A stretch of 64,000 nucleotides of DNA from an uncultured Methanosarcinaceae archaeon (GCA_963833425.1 CAWHXP010000003.1:128001-192000); one strand, 5' to 3'. Counted from the stretch's first letter, positions 24,417 to 36,815 are shown. Numbers and translations are program-made. Notes: generated by a model not told the origin, from the letters alone.

Positions 24417-25855
24417 CTACACTACTTTCTGTACTTTTGGAATTTGATAAGTTCCATTTAATACCTTGGGACCTGGTTTATATATTCTCAATATCATATA
24501 AAAATCTCCATTTGGTGTTGGCAACCAATTTGATTCCTTTCCCACAGGCGCATTCTGCTGGATATAGATGCCCAGGGAACCGTCTGCGTTGTACATAAGT
24601 CCGGTTGTCTGATCGCCGAGAGAGAATGATTGATAGAATTTGGTACGAACAATAGTGTAGTCGCATTGTACATGCTCAATGACCAGAAGGCATCCGCAGG
24701 CGGCATATTCTCCTTATCAAAGTGCACTACGTACTTGTTGGTACCGTTAAGGGGTTGTCCGTCTATACTAGTCTGTGCCTTTGCGTAGATCGCTTCTTCA
24801 GGAACATTAGCTCCAAATACACCTTCAGTAACAGTTGTAAGTAGCAGATAATCATATCCATATGCGCCCCAGTTGGTATTATACGCCCAACCATTGATGT
24901 AGAACCCTTTAATGTCATTCCAAGAGCTCTTCACGATCTGATCGCCGTCCTTGATAGCCCGAGAAAGCCCATTAGCGATAGCTGGATCTAAATTTGTTCC
25001 ATAGAACGTTTCGTTCTTACTTAAGCCGATTCTGTTGAAGACTGCCATGAGAGCTGCTTCTTCTACAGTCGAGGGGTTATTCTTCAAAGCGACTCGAAGT
25101 TCTTCGAAGAATCTCAAGTTATTCTGTGCATTAGGTGAAGTTTCAGCTTTCTTAAAGTCGGTAAGCATTTCATTTTTCACTTCGATCGCTGGTTTCCCAT
25201 ACTGGCTTAGTGGTGTGAGAGTGAACTGTCTCTGTAGCTCCAACACGTTTGGCAGATCCGACTCCCCTTTAACCAGGATCCTGCCAATAATCCATACTGA
25301 ATTGGTCGGCGACTTTATCATCTGGAGTCCTGTGGGCAGGCTGCCACTCCAGTCAGGTCCTACAATGGCAAAATTGCCTTCTCCAGTGCCGGTGGTCCGC
25401 CGACCCATACTGTTGAAAGTATTCGTGTACGCGTCAAGCATCTGCTGTACATAGTAACGCCCATTTGTGTCCGGTACGTGTAGCACTATAGGCTCCTTCC
25501 CCAGTTCGAGCCATGCATTATTGTAAAGCGTATCTGCGTTAGGTGTAACGATATCTGTGAAGTTGGCAGTGAGAAGGTGTGTCAAGTAGCCCATCTTATT
25601 TATCGGAACGTATCCCATGCCTGGTGTTGTTACAGAGAGATTTTCAGCCTTTTGCATCATTACTGGAGCAAGACCGTAGATGTAAGCTTGGACGCCGATA
25701 GTATACGCATCGTTCTCACGGGCTTTGTAGTCCCCATCCGTCGTACTGATGGCATTGGTTAACGGTATTATCGACAGCAGAATAAGCAATGCGCACATAA
25801 AAATGTTTAGTGCCACTTTTGGTTCACTAAGGCTAATTTGTAGTCTTTCTGACAT
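24417..25855 (-). pseudogene. Secreted DUF1254/DUF1214 protein with a frameshift near 24625
   Basis: Signal-like N-terminus, IVTPNADTLY, PPADAFWSLSMY; conserved tail YNADGSLGIYIQ..KESNWLPTPNGDFYMILRIY continues in a shifted frame to stop 24417. Confidence 0.85.
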
Positions 25856-26400
25856 ATCTATTACCTTCCAATCTTGAATGTGCCAAAATAAATTATGTGA
25901 ACTTTTTTGGCTATAGATGCCTACAGCCTAATAAACAGTATGCTTAAACGAACTGGGAAACTCCAGGCTATAGCTGAACATAATATATTGTTATTTTGAT
26001 TTAATAATAAGAAAAATAATTTCCGAATAAAATACTATATACCAGTCTTCAATCTTTTTGATCTGTTCACTTCAAATTACATATACCCTACAAGACTCAA
26101 GAAAACATCTCAAAATAGCCTGAAAATGATTCATCTTTGATTTAACTAGTCTAAACTCCACTTCATGCCTAAGTAAATTAAAGGTTATGTGGAATCTTAG
26201 TTAGGTAAAAATATATGGAATCGATGTGCAATTTCGTTGGCCAGTAGCAACGCAAATAAATGTTGTAATCGAGCTTATTTATCATATTTTACATAAAATA
26301 TACGCACATAAAAATTGAAATTTGTGCATAAAGTCAAATTGGCATATTCACATAAATACATAAAATGCTTAATAATATCACCAAATATGTGGTGATCATT

Positions 26401-26793
26401 GTGGTTCAACAAGAAATCGAAATCAAAAATTCAAAAGAAAACTGGAATTATTACGATTTAGATGATGGGACTGTTCTAAAAATAAAAACTATTTTAATAT
26501 CAGTGTACGATGCTGGAAAAGATCCACAAGGAAATCCTGCAATCAATTTGCAAACAGCTAACGTTATAGGAGCTACACCACAAACATATCCCTTTGAACC
26601 ATGTGATTAAAAAAAGGATTTACAATTTAAAGAAAAACGCGATAATCCTTGGAATGAATATACGTTGGATAATGATTATGTTTTGATGTTAAAACCAACT
26701 ATCACGCAAGTAGATCGAACGGGAAATCATGATTTACGTGGCATTCCGTTATATATGATACAATCTCAAGTCACAGCAAAAATAAAAACTTGA
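26401..26793 (+). pseudogene. Small protein of two tandem ~60-aa repeats, split by in-frame TAA at 26608-26610
   Basis: WNYYDLDDGTVLKIK..DPQGNPAI and WNEYTLDNDYVLMLK..DLRGIPLY in the same frame; GGTGA RBS before GTG. Confidence 0.6.
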
Positions 26794-26806
26794 TCTAGGT
26801 GAAAGT

Positions 26807-27391
26807 ATGAGTTGTATCTCCATAGAGTCTATTGGTTCAACTCAAGTTAATTATCAGATTGGTACAATAGTATCATGTCAATTGACAAATAATGGACAAA
26901 TATTCTCAAGTTTTCCACAATTTAGTGCCAATTTACATCAACAATCTTTATCTTCCGGGAACTTAGATACATTAATACTTCAAAAAACGGGAGAATGTAT
27001 TTTAGTTTTTTGGGTAGAAGTTATTGGCTCTCTGTCAAATAGTTTCTTACCAACAAAATACATTGATACAATGAAAATTGATTCAGTTAAAATTGACATT
27101 GTTGATTTAATCGGGATTGAGTTTTGTATCGCTACTGAAGACGGGAGAAAACTATATGATGAAATCTCCCGCAACATAAAGGAAAAGAAAAAAGTGGTTA
27201 TTTCTTTTGATGGAGTGAAATTTTTAACACCTGCTTTTTTTAATGTATCAATTTGTCAATTATATGCGCAGTTTGAAGAAAATATTATAAATGAGTATTT
27301 AGTTGTCTCTGATCTAGAAGAAGTAGATAAGAAAATTCTATCCATACCTGTAACAAAGGCCAAACGTTATTTTAAAAATACATCACCATAA
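26807..27391 (+). CDS. STAS-like domain protein (DUF4325-like) with N-terminal extension
   Basis: CIATEDGRKLYDEI..KKVVISFDGVKFLTPAFFNVSICQLY; AGGTGA RBS. Confidence 0.75.
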   Translation: MSCISIESIGSTQVNYQIGTIVSCQLTNNGQIFSSFPQFSANLHQQSLSSGNLDTLILQKTGECILVFWVEVIGSLSNSFLPTKYIDTMKIDSVKIDIVDLIGIEFCIATEDGRKLYDEISRNIKEKKKVVISFDGVKFLTPAFFNVSICQLYAQFEENIINEYLVVSDLEEVDKKILSIPVTKAKRYFKNTSP

Positions 27392-27416
27392 GACACACAG
27401 CACAATACTTACTTTG

Positions 27417-28004
27417 GTGAAGGTTACGAATAATTCTAATAATGAGAACTTGTATAAGGATATCAATCGATGTGATTACACTGAAAGCTAAGGCTATCTA
27501 TTTGACGCAAATATTTGGATACGTACCATTTATATGCCAATTTATTATAAATTAACTGAATATACGGATATCTATACCAGAATGCTACGAAATATGACGA
27601 TTCGAAAGTGCAATATATATACTAATACTATGATAATTTCTGAAATTGCTACTAAAATTTTAAGATACGAATTCAACGTATATAAAAAAGAATTGGGCTT
27701 GAAAAGTACTGAATTTAAGGTTTTTCGCGATACAGATATTTATAAAGAAACAACTTCATTGGTTGCAAACTGTATCAGAAAAATAGCTAAATTATCTAAA
27801 ATATGCGATCTTAATAGAAACGATAACGATTTACTATATGAATTAGCAGATGACTTTGCAGCAGCTAACTACGATTTTAATTATATAGTCTTTGCAAAAA
27901 TTTGTAAGGAACATAATTTAACTTTTGTCACTCACGATAAAGATTTTAAGAATCATGGAATCAAAGTTATGACTGCAAATAAAAATTTACTAAAGTCTAT
28001 TTGA
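27417..28004 (+). pseudogene. PIN-domain nuclease, in-frame TAA at 27489-27491
   Basis: YLFDANIW just after the stop and in frame with the 27534 ORF; IISE, DFN, FVTHDKDF. Confidence 0.75.
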
Positions 28005-28553
28005 TTTATTGTTTAACAAATTAATTATTTTTAATCAAATACTTCTCATTGTTTTTCTCAATTTTCAATGTTTATCCAACGAAACTTCACAGTCACTTCT
28101 TAAACTGTCCAGTCGACGCAGGCTTCACATAACCAAACTAAAAATATATTAAATATAAGATTCAATTATATTTATTAAATAAAGTAAAGAAACGGAATCA
28201 TCATGGAAGACCTTCAAATTAACTCCCGATATAACACAGATAGTTGGTGACAATGTTGCTTTGGGACTTCCCATATGCTCTGGCTGCCGAATTCACAGGC
28301 ATAGCATATCAAATATTCAATGAGAACATCCGTGATCTAAGGGATATTTCCGATCGCAAAAAAGCAGAAGAATTACTGCGAAAGAGCTAGATGCGACTGC
28401 GTCAGTTTTAAGAATCTGGTATTGTGGGCGTGTTATTACGATATTGCAGAACTGAAAATCACAGGAGTAGACACACCCTGAGAAAGAGTTCTTCCGCAAT
28501 ATAGTTCTCAAGTACCTATCCTTATCGGAGTAGCTACATCGATGAGGCACGCA

Positions 28554-29380
28554 ATGAAGATGTAGTATTTGTTCTTGATGTAATTGACCGCAAAAATGCA
28601 GAAATAATGTTAAAATAGAAATTAGAAGAGCTTACCCGTTCAAATGAAGAATTCGAGTGATTTGCTTACGTTTCTTCTCATGATTTAGAAGAACCATTAA
28701 GGATGATAGCAAGTTATTGCAGCTTTTACAAAAGAGATATCAGGGTAATCTCGATGATAAGGCTGATAAATACATACACTTTGCTGTTGCTGGGGCTTCC
28801 CGTATGCAAAACTTGATAAATGATCTTTTAGATTTCTCTGAGTGACTAGAAATCCTAGAGAATCTGAAACTGTGAATTGTGAATTTATTTTGAATCAGGC
28901 ACTATCAAATCTAAAATTTAGAATAAGAGATAATAATGCCGCTGTACCTCATGATCCTTTACCTAATGTAATGGCAGATTCTAATCAGCTGGTTCAGGTA
29001 TTTCAGAATCTGATACTCAATGGAATAAAATTTCACAGTGAAGAAGCACCAAAAATATATATTTCCGCAGAGAAAAAGGAGGCAGAATAGATTTTTTCAG
29101 TTCAGAATAACGGGATTGGAATTGATCTACAACATTTTAAGAAGATAGTTGAAATTTTTAAAAGACTACATACCAGGGAAAAATATTTTGGAACTTGAAT
29201 AGAGCTTGCAGTTTGTAAGAAAATTATAGAAAGGCATGGTGGAGTATATGGGTTGAATCTGAACTAGGCGAAAGTTCAACTTCTTATTTCACTTTATCAA
29301 TCAACTCCACAAAATTTCAAAAACTAAGTTTTAACATATCAGAAAAACGCTTCCAAATTTTTATTGAAATTTATCGATTA
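28554..29380 (+). pseudogene. Sensor histidine kinase remnant (HisKA + HATPase, phytochrome-like class)
   Basis: EELTRSNEEFE*FAYVSSHDLEEPLRMI, QLVQVFQNLILNGIKF, VQNNGIGID, CKKIIERHGG with stops and frameshifts. Confidence 0.88.
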
Positions 29381-29469
29381 AAGAAATCTAAGGATGGAAA
29401 CATAATTTTTCTGGCTTGAATTTATGAAGTTACCATTGAAATTAAATCAATGTGACTCCATAATATGTG

Positions 29470-29580
29470 GTTCATTTGCTGTGACATCTTGCAGGTTCGC
29501 AGAAGGCTATAATATCTATTATTTTACGAAAAAAACCAATAATTAATTTCAAAGTAATACAAATTATAGTTGTAAAAAGT
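29470..29580 (+). repeat. Dispersed repeat, copy 1 (second copy at ~50520-50630)
   Basis: Shared ttgctgtgacatcttgcagg and tattattttac...aattaattt...tatagttgt. Confidence 0.75.
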
Positions 29581-30031
29581 ATAGGTAATTATAGTAGTTT
29601 ATCATCAACTAAAAGTTGTATATGATAGTCAACAGTACCGATTGAACCAAAATCTAGAAACTACATTTTACCAATTTTTAAGCATACATATTTAAAATAA
29701 TTTATTTTCTTACTGTGTTAAAAAATTTCTAGCGTTTTATAAAAAAAAACATTCTTTTTAATATCCACGGTAGTTTGCATGCCATAGTTCTATTTTTATA
29801 GTACAAAAGTATCTTAAAATAGAAGCCAGTTAGACAATAACAATTATTTGGGAATTTCCATCCCTGAGCAAGCTGAAGAACATTCGCCTGAAATAAACTT
29901 TTTGATCTATGAAATTTCAAAAATCCAAGCAAAAGTTATAAGTAGTAATTTGAGTATTAGAAGTGTTGTTTGATAAGGATGCATCCTTAAAAAAGCCTTT
30001 CAACGTCGATAATTTCAAAAAACTGGCAGAT

Positions 30032-30105
30032 GGGCCCGTAGCTTAGCCTGGTGGAGCGCACGGCTGATAACCGTGAGGTCCTGCGTTCGAATCGCAGCGG
30101 GCCCA
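30032..30105 (+). tRNA. tRNA-Ile (GAT)
   Basis: GGGCCCG acceptor stem, CACGG-CTGATAA-CCGTG anticodon arm, GTTCGAATC T-loop. Confidence 0.95.
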
Positions 30106-30179
30106 CTATATTTTCTTTGAATTCTTTTTATGGCAATCTCAAGTTTAGACAGAAAAAAATTCTCCGATAATAGATTCAT

Positions 30180-31318
30180 GAGGGTTACAATTTATATTTG
30201 ATTTTTTTTCCTTTGCGTGATTCCTGTCCAAATATTTCTTGCAACTTTTGTATTTTGACATTATTTTTTTATTTCTTGTCCATCATTCTTTGATTTTAAA
30301 GATAGTTTCTGTTATCCCTAAGATATTTATTCTATCTCCGATTTCATCAATAGATAGAGATTCTAACAAAAAGCTGTATACAATATCGTCAAATTCGTTC
30401 TTTGAGCAAAAGTGACAAGCCCTTTTCCTTCTTTGAATATCTTTTTAGTCTTTGCATAAACGCGTTCTTATGTATCTTTTTTAGCTGACACTCTTGTTTC
30501 TTGATACATCACTCATCTAGAGAGGTTCTTTTATTCTTCTTTTCATTGCTTTATCCTAAACTTTTGATTTTGCTTCAAAGTATCATCTGTTCATGCATAT
30601 AACTTCATTTTTTTTCTGAAATATCTTCATTCGAATCATGGAGTAATGAAGTTGTTGTTTTGAATCTTCTGGTCAGCTCATAGCCCTTCTCCATTATGCA
30701 ATGTAGTTTCGATCCAAAGTGTGGCTTACTACCTTTTTTATCGACCTCCAGTCACTGATGACCCTTTTTGTTTATTTTCTCGAGGTTTATCTGCTTTTGT
30801 ATGTTGAATTCAGATGAATAAAAGTAGAATCTTACTCATTTCTTTTTCTATTTTCAAAACCTAGGCTACCAAGTTAGTTTTACAACTGTTTCAACATTTC
30901 CTCTTCTTTTCGGTTATCAATAATTCTGTTCGTCGATGACTAGATTGTGATACTGTCGGTATGTACTCTGGAAAACAAAGAAGTTTCCTGAAAGACATTC
31001 TAGCGATAAACAATTATCAATTTAAAGCAGGGAAAACCATACATTGCTGTAAAATAAGCATTTTTAACGTAGTAATTAAGCAGCTTCAGGTCTGCCGCAG
31101 GAAATAGTTTTATTAAAAAATATTATGGATTCAAAAATGATACTAAAAGATTTTTCAATCAATTAAGGAATCAATTTCACAAGTTTGTCTCTAACTGGCT
31201 GGAGAAGTTTTGATTCATCTTTAAGAGCAAAACAGTAAGAGCTTTCATACGTAAAAATTGATACTACTAAATTTAAATTTTGCAATGATCAAATGCATGG
31301 GATTTATTGAAATTTTCC
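30180..31318 (-). mobile_element. Near full-length, heavily degraded IS5-family copy
   Basis: Colinear with 49254-50385 throughout; residual TIR gggatttattgaaattttcc. Confidence 0.8.
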
Positions 31319-31742
31319 ATTATATAATACGAGTTATAACACACAATGGTGTACTTTTAGAGCCCGAATTAACAGATTGAATTAATTCCTACAGTAGTGT
31401 ATCACAAAAAAGCTTCTTATAGGCATAAAATCATTTGGAAAAATGAAAAATCTCACAGTAAAGAAAAAGTAAGATATAAATTTGGATTGTCTGAAGAAAA
31501 CGGAGTTATTTAGCTTATTTATGAGGTATGAAATTTATGATTTCTTCAAATTATGATTATATTTAATTCATAAATAACGTGACATTTTATGTTTAATATA
31601 GGTCTCTCAATTTTTGTTATTGGATGATTATCATAACTCCTACCAACCTTCCGACAATGGTTAAGTGCACAATCATTCGCATGTACCGAACACAGTGCTG
31701 AAAGTACAAACGACATAAAATTCGCATGCAGAATAAAATGAA

Positions 31743-32768
31743 TTAAGAAAAATTTGAAATTAGTTTTTTTAGATGGATTCTTTCATTGGCAGCGTCCTTA
31801 AGGAGGACATCTGTTTCGGAAATATTTACAATAAAGCGAGCAATATTTTCATCATTTTCTCCTGAACATACGAGTGCTTCGGCAAGTCCTTCAAGAATTT
31901 CAACTCCCAAAAGCCCTTTTTCAACTATCATCTCGTCAATAAGTTGGCATCCTCTAGTAAAATTTCCTGCGAGAGCTGAATTTAGCAGTTCGTCTACAGT
32001 TTTATCAACAAATTGCATTATGGTTTCGTAAACCATCTCTTCAGTAATCTCGGAACCCTGTGGAAGCAGAGAAACAAGCTGGAGAGTCTGGACAGCTTTT
32101 GCCACGTTTCCTTTCGCAAAATAAAGGATCGCATCCAAAGCTCCATTTGAAAGATGTACATTTTCAGCACAAGCAATTTTCTCAAGATGGTTTTCCATAA
32201 TAGAATCAGAAATATATGTGAAAAATATTTGAAGACCCCTTGAACGGAGAGGAGAAATGAGTTTAGAAGGCTTCGTAGTGGACAGGATAAATCTGCATGT
32301 TGAACTGTATTTTTCCATAATTCGCCTGAGTGCGTTTTGTGCATATGAACTAAGGGATTCGGCACTATCGATATAGATTAACTTATAATCAGCATCAATA
32401 GAAGCCATCCCAGCATAATCATTGATAATTTCCTTGAATATATCTATTACACTTTTGTAAATTTTTTTAGGATCATCAACACCAAGAAAACGCACAAAAC
32501 GCTGATCTCGGACGATATAGCGTTTACCCTGGTCAAAAAAATCTGAAGCATTGAAGTATGTAAAATTGTTTTTCCATGTACTCCCATATATTTTCCGGGC
32601 AAGAGCAACAGAAGCCGTCGTTTTTCCTGAGTCCTCTGGGCCGTAAAAAATAAGGTGGGTGAGATTACCTGAATCAGCCAACTCGGAAAGCGTGGTTATT
32701 GCATGTTCATTGCCGAGAAACTCTTCCAGGGTACTTGGCCTATATTTTAAAGTCCATAGATCCTGCAT
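31743..32768 (-). CDS. rfcS: Replication factor C small subunit (divergent paralogue)
   Basis: LWTLKYRP, GPEDSGKT Walker A, FNASD, AQNALRRIME, PLRSR. Confidence 0.9.
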   Translation of the reverse strand: MQDLWTLKYRPSTLEEFLGNEHAITTLSELADSGNLTHLIFYGPEDSGKTTASVALARKIYGSTWKNNFTYFNASDFFDQGKRYIVRDQRFVRFLGVDDPKKIYKSVIDIFKEIINDYAGMASIDADYKLIYIDSAESLSSYAQNALRRIMEKYSSTCRFILSTTKPSKLISPLRSRGLQIFFTYISDSIMENHLEKIACAENVHLSNGALDAILYFAKGNVAKAVQTLQLVSLLPQGSEITEEMVYETIMQFVDKTVDELLNSALAGNFTRGCQLIDEMIVEKGLLGVEILEGLAEALVCSGENDENIARFIVNISETDVLLKDAANERIHLKKLISNFS

Positions 32769-32838
32769 CTATTCCACCTGTTTTTTTCAAATTTTGCCAA
32801 CAATTTCAAGGAACTCCATTTTCATTTTACCGAAATGC

Positions 32839-34575
32839 TTACTCAGCTAGACTTTCCTTTCCTCTAGCTACTTCTACTCTTGTTTCAATTTCTCCTTTTG
32901 CTTCAAGCAGTTCCTTTATAACCACACCGTAAACTGGTCTTGCAACAATTACACCAATGAATACTCCAATGATGGTAGTAATTGCAAAACCTTTCAGAGT
33001 TCCGAAACCCATTACGACGAGAGGAGCCATTGCAATAATATTCGTGGAAGCTGCACCTATAATTATCACGAAAGCCTTTCCTATTCTGGAAGAGAAGGCA
33101 TTCGTTGTTGAAGGAATTTTACCTTCATATAGCACCTCATCTGTGATGATTATAAGGTGGTCAATTCCGGTGCCTATGGAAGCGATGATACCTGCAATTG
33201 ACGACAAATCAAGCTGCCATTTGATAAGTGCCGCAACTCCAAGAATCATGATGATTTCACTGATGGAAGTTCCTACCATCGGTATCAAGATTTCAGGTCT
33301 CTTGTACCTGAAATAAACCACTGAAGCTACAGCAATCAGGGAAATCAGGCCTGCAATCACAGCTTCGGTTTTGAACTGTGCTCCAAGGCCTGCATCCACG
33401 TGCCCTGAACTTTCAAGCATGACATTGACAGGAAGAGCCCCTGCTCGAAGGTGGACCTCAAGAGCCTTTGCTTCTTTTTTTGCCGTGTCACCTGAGCCTG
33501 TGGAAGCTTCCCAGGAATATATAGGAGTTCCTCGCAATCTAGAGGCTGCATCAGGATTCAGAGGAGCTCCATATATTTTTACTTGATCTAGGTACATATT
33601 CAAATAATGTTGTTCTGGGTGATCAACGGCCCCGGTTTCGAGTGCTGCTTTTTGGAGTGCTCTGGCTCCTTCATCTGAAAGGGTGAAAGGAACATGCCAC
33701 TGATTATCATGATAGCTTATAATTTTGACATCTTCGATAGAATCACCATTAACCACATGCTGAGTTTCATTTCCTGTAGTCTGGATCCTAATCTCGAACT
33801 TACCCTGTTTATCGACTATTTCCTTGGCCGTTGCCAGATCAATGCCTGCAAAGTCGATCTGAATATAATCATCTCCTACAGTTCTGACAGGAATATCTTT
33901 CAGGCCAAATGCGTTGAGCTTATCATTAAGGATATCTCTTGTAAGGTCTCTTGTCTGAGGGCTGACCCCTTCTTTGTAAGTTGAAATTCCGTCCTGATTT
34001 TTGACAATAAACCCTCCAACTTTCTCCATAAGAGCTTCTAGATCCTTTTCAGAAATTGACTTTTTTATTTCGTAGACAGGCACATCCTTGTTACTCGTTT
34101 GAACTACTTCTGTGTCAAGAGATTTTGCGAGATAATTCCGAATAAGAAATTCTTTACTGGTAGATCCTATGGTTACTTGAGTTGTGTCTCTGCTCAGCTT
34201 GTCCACGCTTACATTGCCTCCTAATCCCAATCTCTCAATTTGGGATGCGTTAATCGGAGCAGAGGTCGTAAACGTGATATCTTTATTGGCAGATCCGCCG
34301 ACTTCTAAGTTACTATTTGTGATGTTAATAGGGGAGCCAATTGCAGGTTCTACTAACGCGCTGACTATCTTTCCAGGATTCGCATCTATCTGAGCAATCG
34401 CTCCCTCAAGTTTAATCTGAAGCCAAGATCCGCCTTCAAGGTCGAGTCCATAGTGCAGATGAGAAGTTGCTCCTTCACTGGTATAGCCGGGGTGGATAGC
34501 AAAGATAGCTACAAGAACTGCTAGTATAAAGATGATTATTCTTGGGTTTTTTAAAAGATTTTTTGCTTTATTCAT
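32839..34575 (-). CDS. secD: Protein translocase subunit SecD
   Basis: YGLDLEGGS, LRAGALPV, IGTGIDHLIIITDE, LKGFAITT. Confidence 0.95.
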   Translation of the reverse strand: MNKAKNLLKNPRIIIFILAVLVAIFAIHPGYTSEGATSHLHYGLDLEGGSWLQIKLEGAIAQIDANPGKIVSALVEPAIGSPINITNSNLEVGGSANKDITFTTSAPINASQIERLGLGGNVSVDKLSRDTTQVTIGSTSKEFLIRNYLAKSLDTEVVQTSNKDVPVYEIKKSISEKDLEALMEKVGGFIVKNQDGISTYKEGVSPQTRDLTRDILNDKLNAFGLKDIPVRTVGDDYIQIDFAGIDLATAKEIVDKQGKFEIRIQTTGNETQHVVNGDSIEDVKIISYHDNQWHVPFTLSDEGARALQKAALETGAVDHPEQHYLNMYLDQVKIYGAPLNPDAASRLRGTPIYSWEASTGSGDTAKKEAKALEVHLRAGALPVNVMLESSGHVDAGLGAQFKTEAVIAGLISLIAVASVVYFRYKRPEILIPMVGTSISEIIMILGVAALIKWQLDLSSIAGIIASIGTGIDHLIIITDEVLYEGKIPSTTNAFSSRIGKAFVIIIGAASTNIIAMAPLVVMGFGTLKGFAITTIIGVFIGVIVARPVYGVVIKELLEAKGEIETRVEVARGKESLAE

Positions 34576-35477
34576 CTGTTATACCTCCCTCCGAATTCTG
34601 GTTTCATTACATACCAGCGCAGAATTCCAGTATTCAGGAGCCAGGTATTCATAATATCTGCAAAAAGTCCTGCAATCAGCACTATCGAGATTTGAGAAAG
34701 TAGAGGAATCTGTGAGAAGGAAGGAATAATCAGATAAAGGTAAGTAGAGACTAAGTACATGACTACAAGTGCTACAAGAGCTGTGCTGGTCATTGTAACC
34801 CCTGTTTGTATAGCCCGAGAAACTTTCTCTTCTACGGTGCCTCGACGTTTAAGCACTCTATTAGTGAGCAAAATGTCACTGTCTACGGAATAACCTATAA
34901 GCATTAGCAGGGCGGCAAGTGTGCCCAAGGAAAGCTCGACCCCTGCAATCTTCATGAAACCAAGGGCAATTACGATGTCGGAAAAGGCAGAGAGTATTAC
35001 TGCAAAAGAAGGTACTGGACTTCTGAAGAGCAAGAATACTACAATGGACATTCCTATAAAGGAGATGATAAGGGCCCTAATAGCTTGTACCTGCAAAGCT
35101 TGGCCATAGACAGGCCCTATTTGGCTAATTTCCACATTCGAATATCGGCTCATGACATCTTTTTCCAGCTGGCGTTGTTTTTCGTTGTCCATGACACCAA
35201 AATCCATGATGATCCTGCTACCAGCCTGCCGAGCATCGATGATGTGGTAAGAAGAATACGCTTCTTTAAGCGCAGCAGGAGAATTGATCGTTTCTATAGA
35301 AACCTGTGTGCCGCCCTGGAATTCCATTCCCATAGTTACCGGCGACCCGCTGCTCAAAAAAGAAACTAGCAGTATAATTAGAGAAACTGCGAGTATCGCA
35401 AGAGGGAATGCCAGCAACTGGCGATTATCGTGATTTTTCACGAAATTATCTAAAAATTCAGTCAAACCTGTTGCCAT
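34572..35477 (-). CDS. secF: Protein translocase subunit SecF
   Basis: GMEFQGGT, LMLIGYSVDSDILLT, DIMNTWLLN; 4-bp overlap with secD. Confidence 0.95.
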   Translation of the reverse strand: MATGLTEFLDNFVKNHDNRQLLAFPLAILAVSLIILLVSFLSSGSPVTMGMEFQGGTQVSIETINSPAALKEAYSSYHIIDARQAGSRIIMDFGVMDNEKQRQLEKDVMSRYSNVEISQIGPVYGQALQVQAIRALIISFIGMSIVVFLLFRSPVPSFAVILSAFSDIVIALGFMKIAGVELSLGTLAALLMLIGYSVDSDILLTNRVLKRRGTVEEKVSRAIQTGVTMTSTALVALVVMYLVSTYLYLIIPSFSQIPLLSQISIVLIAGLFADIMNTWLLNTGILRWYVMKPEFGGRYNR

Positions 35478-35844
35478 AATTTAATACTCCGGATGCATGT
35501 ATCTATCGTTTATCAAACTTATCCGAATAACTTTTCACATCGAGATATCTGATTACAATGTATAATTCAGAATCATTGATATTCATAGTCAGATTTATTA
35601 GATTATTCTGAATAAGGTTTTATTAATAATCAAATTCAAATTTGGATATACTGTTATGGTATCTTAATGTTGTAACTGAGTAAATTTTTTAATTTTATAT
35701 TCTCAAAGATTAATATCAAATTTTTCTTTGAAAGGCAATTCTTCCCTATACACCGTTATTTCATTCCACTTAAATTTAACTCTTGAAAATGCTACAAGTT
35801 CTAACGTCACAGCTATATATACCAGTTACTGTTCATTAAAAATA

Positions 35845-36339
35845 ATGACAGAAAGACCTTCCCTTGACGAATATTTCCTTGAAATCGCCTTCGTGGTAGG
35901 AAAAAGAGCCACATGCCTCCGAAATAATGTAGGAGCAGTTGTTGTTAGAGATAAACGTATACTCTCAACTGGGTATAACGGCGCTCCAAGTGGCATGGAA
36001 CACTGCATTGAAATCGGATGTATCCGGGACCTGGAGAATATCCCTTCAGGCACTCGACACGAGAAATGTAGGGCAGTGCATGCGGAACAGAATGCCATCA
36101 TTCAGGCTGCAATCCACGGGGTGAGCATATCAGGGGCAACTATCTATTGCACACATCGACCTTGTATTCTTTGCACTAAAATGATTATCAATTCAAATAT
36201 CGAAAGGGTTGTATATGCAACTCTTTATCCTGATATCGATTCAGTTGATTTTTTCAAGGACGCATGTGTAAAAGTGGAACATTTACCTTTTGAAATTAAA
36301 TATGAAGATTCGGCAAAAATCAAACCTACAAGGTTATAA
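35845..36339 (+). CDS. dCMP deaminase (cytidine/deoxycytidylate deaminase family)
   Basis: [25 protein letters not shown]; start moved to ATG 35845. Confidence 0.92.
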   Translation: MTERPSLDEYFLEIAFVVGKRATCLRNNVGAVVVRDKRILSTGYNGAPSGMEHCIEIGCIRDLENIPSGTRHEKCRAVHAEQNAIIQAAIHGVSISGATIYCTHRPCILCTKMIINSNIERVVYATLYPDIDSVDFFKDACVKVEHLPFEIKYEDSAKIKPTRL

Positions 36340-36727
36340 CATACCTTTTGTACTCACCTATACAGAAGTAGTTCTCCGTGGGAGATCCTAAATGATTTAA
36401 TCAATTTTATGATTCATTAGACCAAGCTCAAAACCATTGGGCCTTCAGCTGAGTGGTAGTTTATATATATCTAAACTGACATTCCGCAAATTTACACAAA
36501 TGTAAATTTAGTTGTCCATTTGCACGCCTTTTAGCCATCGAAAGTTAAATTAATTTATAAGCTGCCATCACATTGAGAAAATAGATGGCATTGACGCATA
36601 CATCTGTAAAAAGTGGATTTAATTTTAATTATTCAAAATCATTTGTTTGATAAGATTTATTAACCCAAAATTCACCAAGTACATGCATTCATTATAATTA
36701 GTCAGAAATCTGAATTTTTTCTTTATA

Positions 36728-36815
36728 GAAAATTTAGATAAACCTCCTAAATTTATCATATATTTATAGAAGATACCTAACTACTGTGAAAATAAGAGGT
36801 TAATCGAAATTTATA
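36728..36815. mobile_element. Degenerate ~88-bp MITE just upstream of the aconitase-family gene
   Basis: gaaaatttagataaacc ... gtgaaaataagaggttaatcgaaattt. Confidence 0.65.

Noticed and set aside
21934..30105. tRNA-targeted integrative element with att sites
   Set aside because: No duplicated tRNA 3' end and no integrase found; the block lies on the 5' sides of both tRNAs
35728..35844. N-terminal extension of the dCMP deaminase ORF
   Set aside because: Family similarity begins at MTERPS (ATG 35845); the upstream part is AT-rich promoter-like sequence
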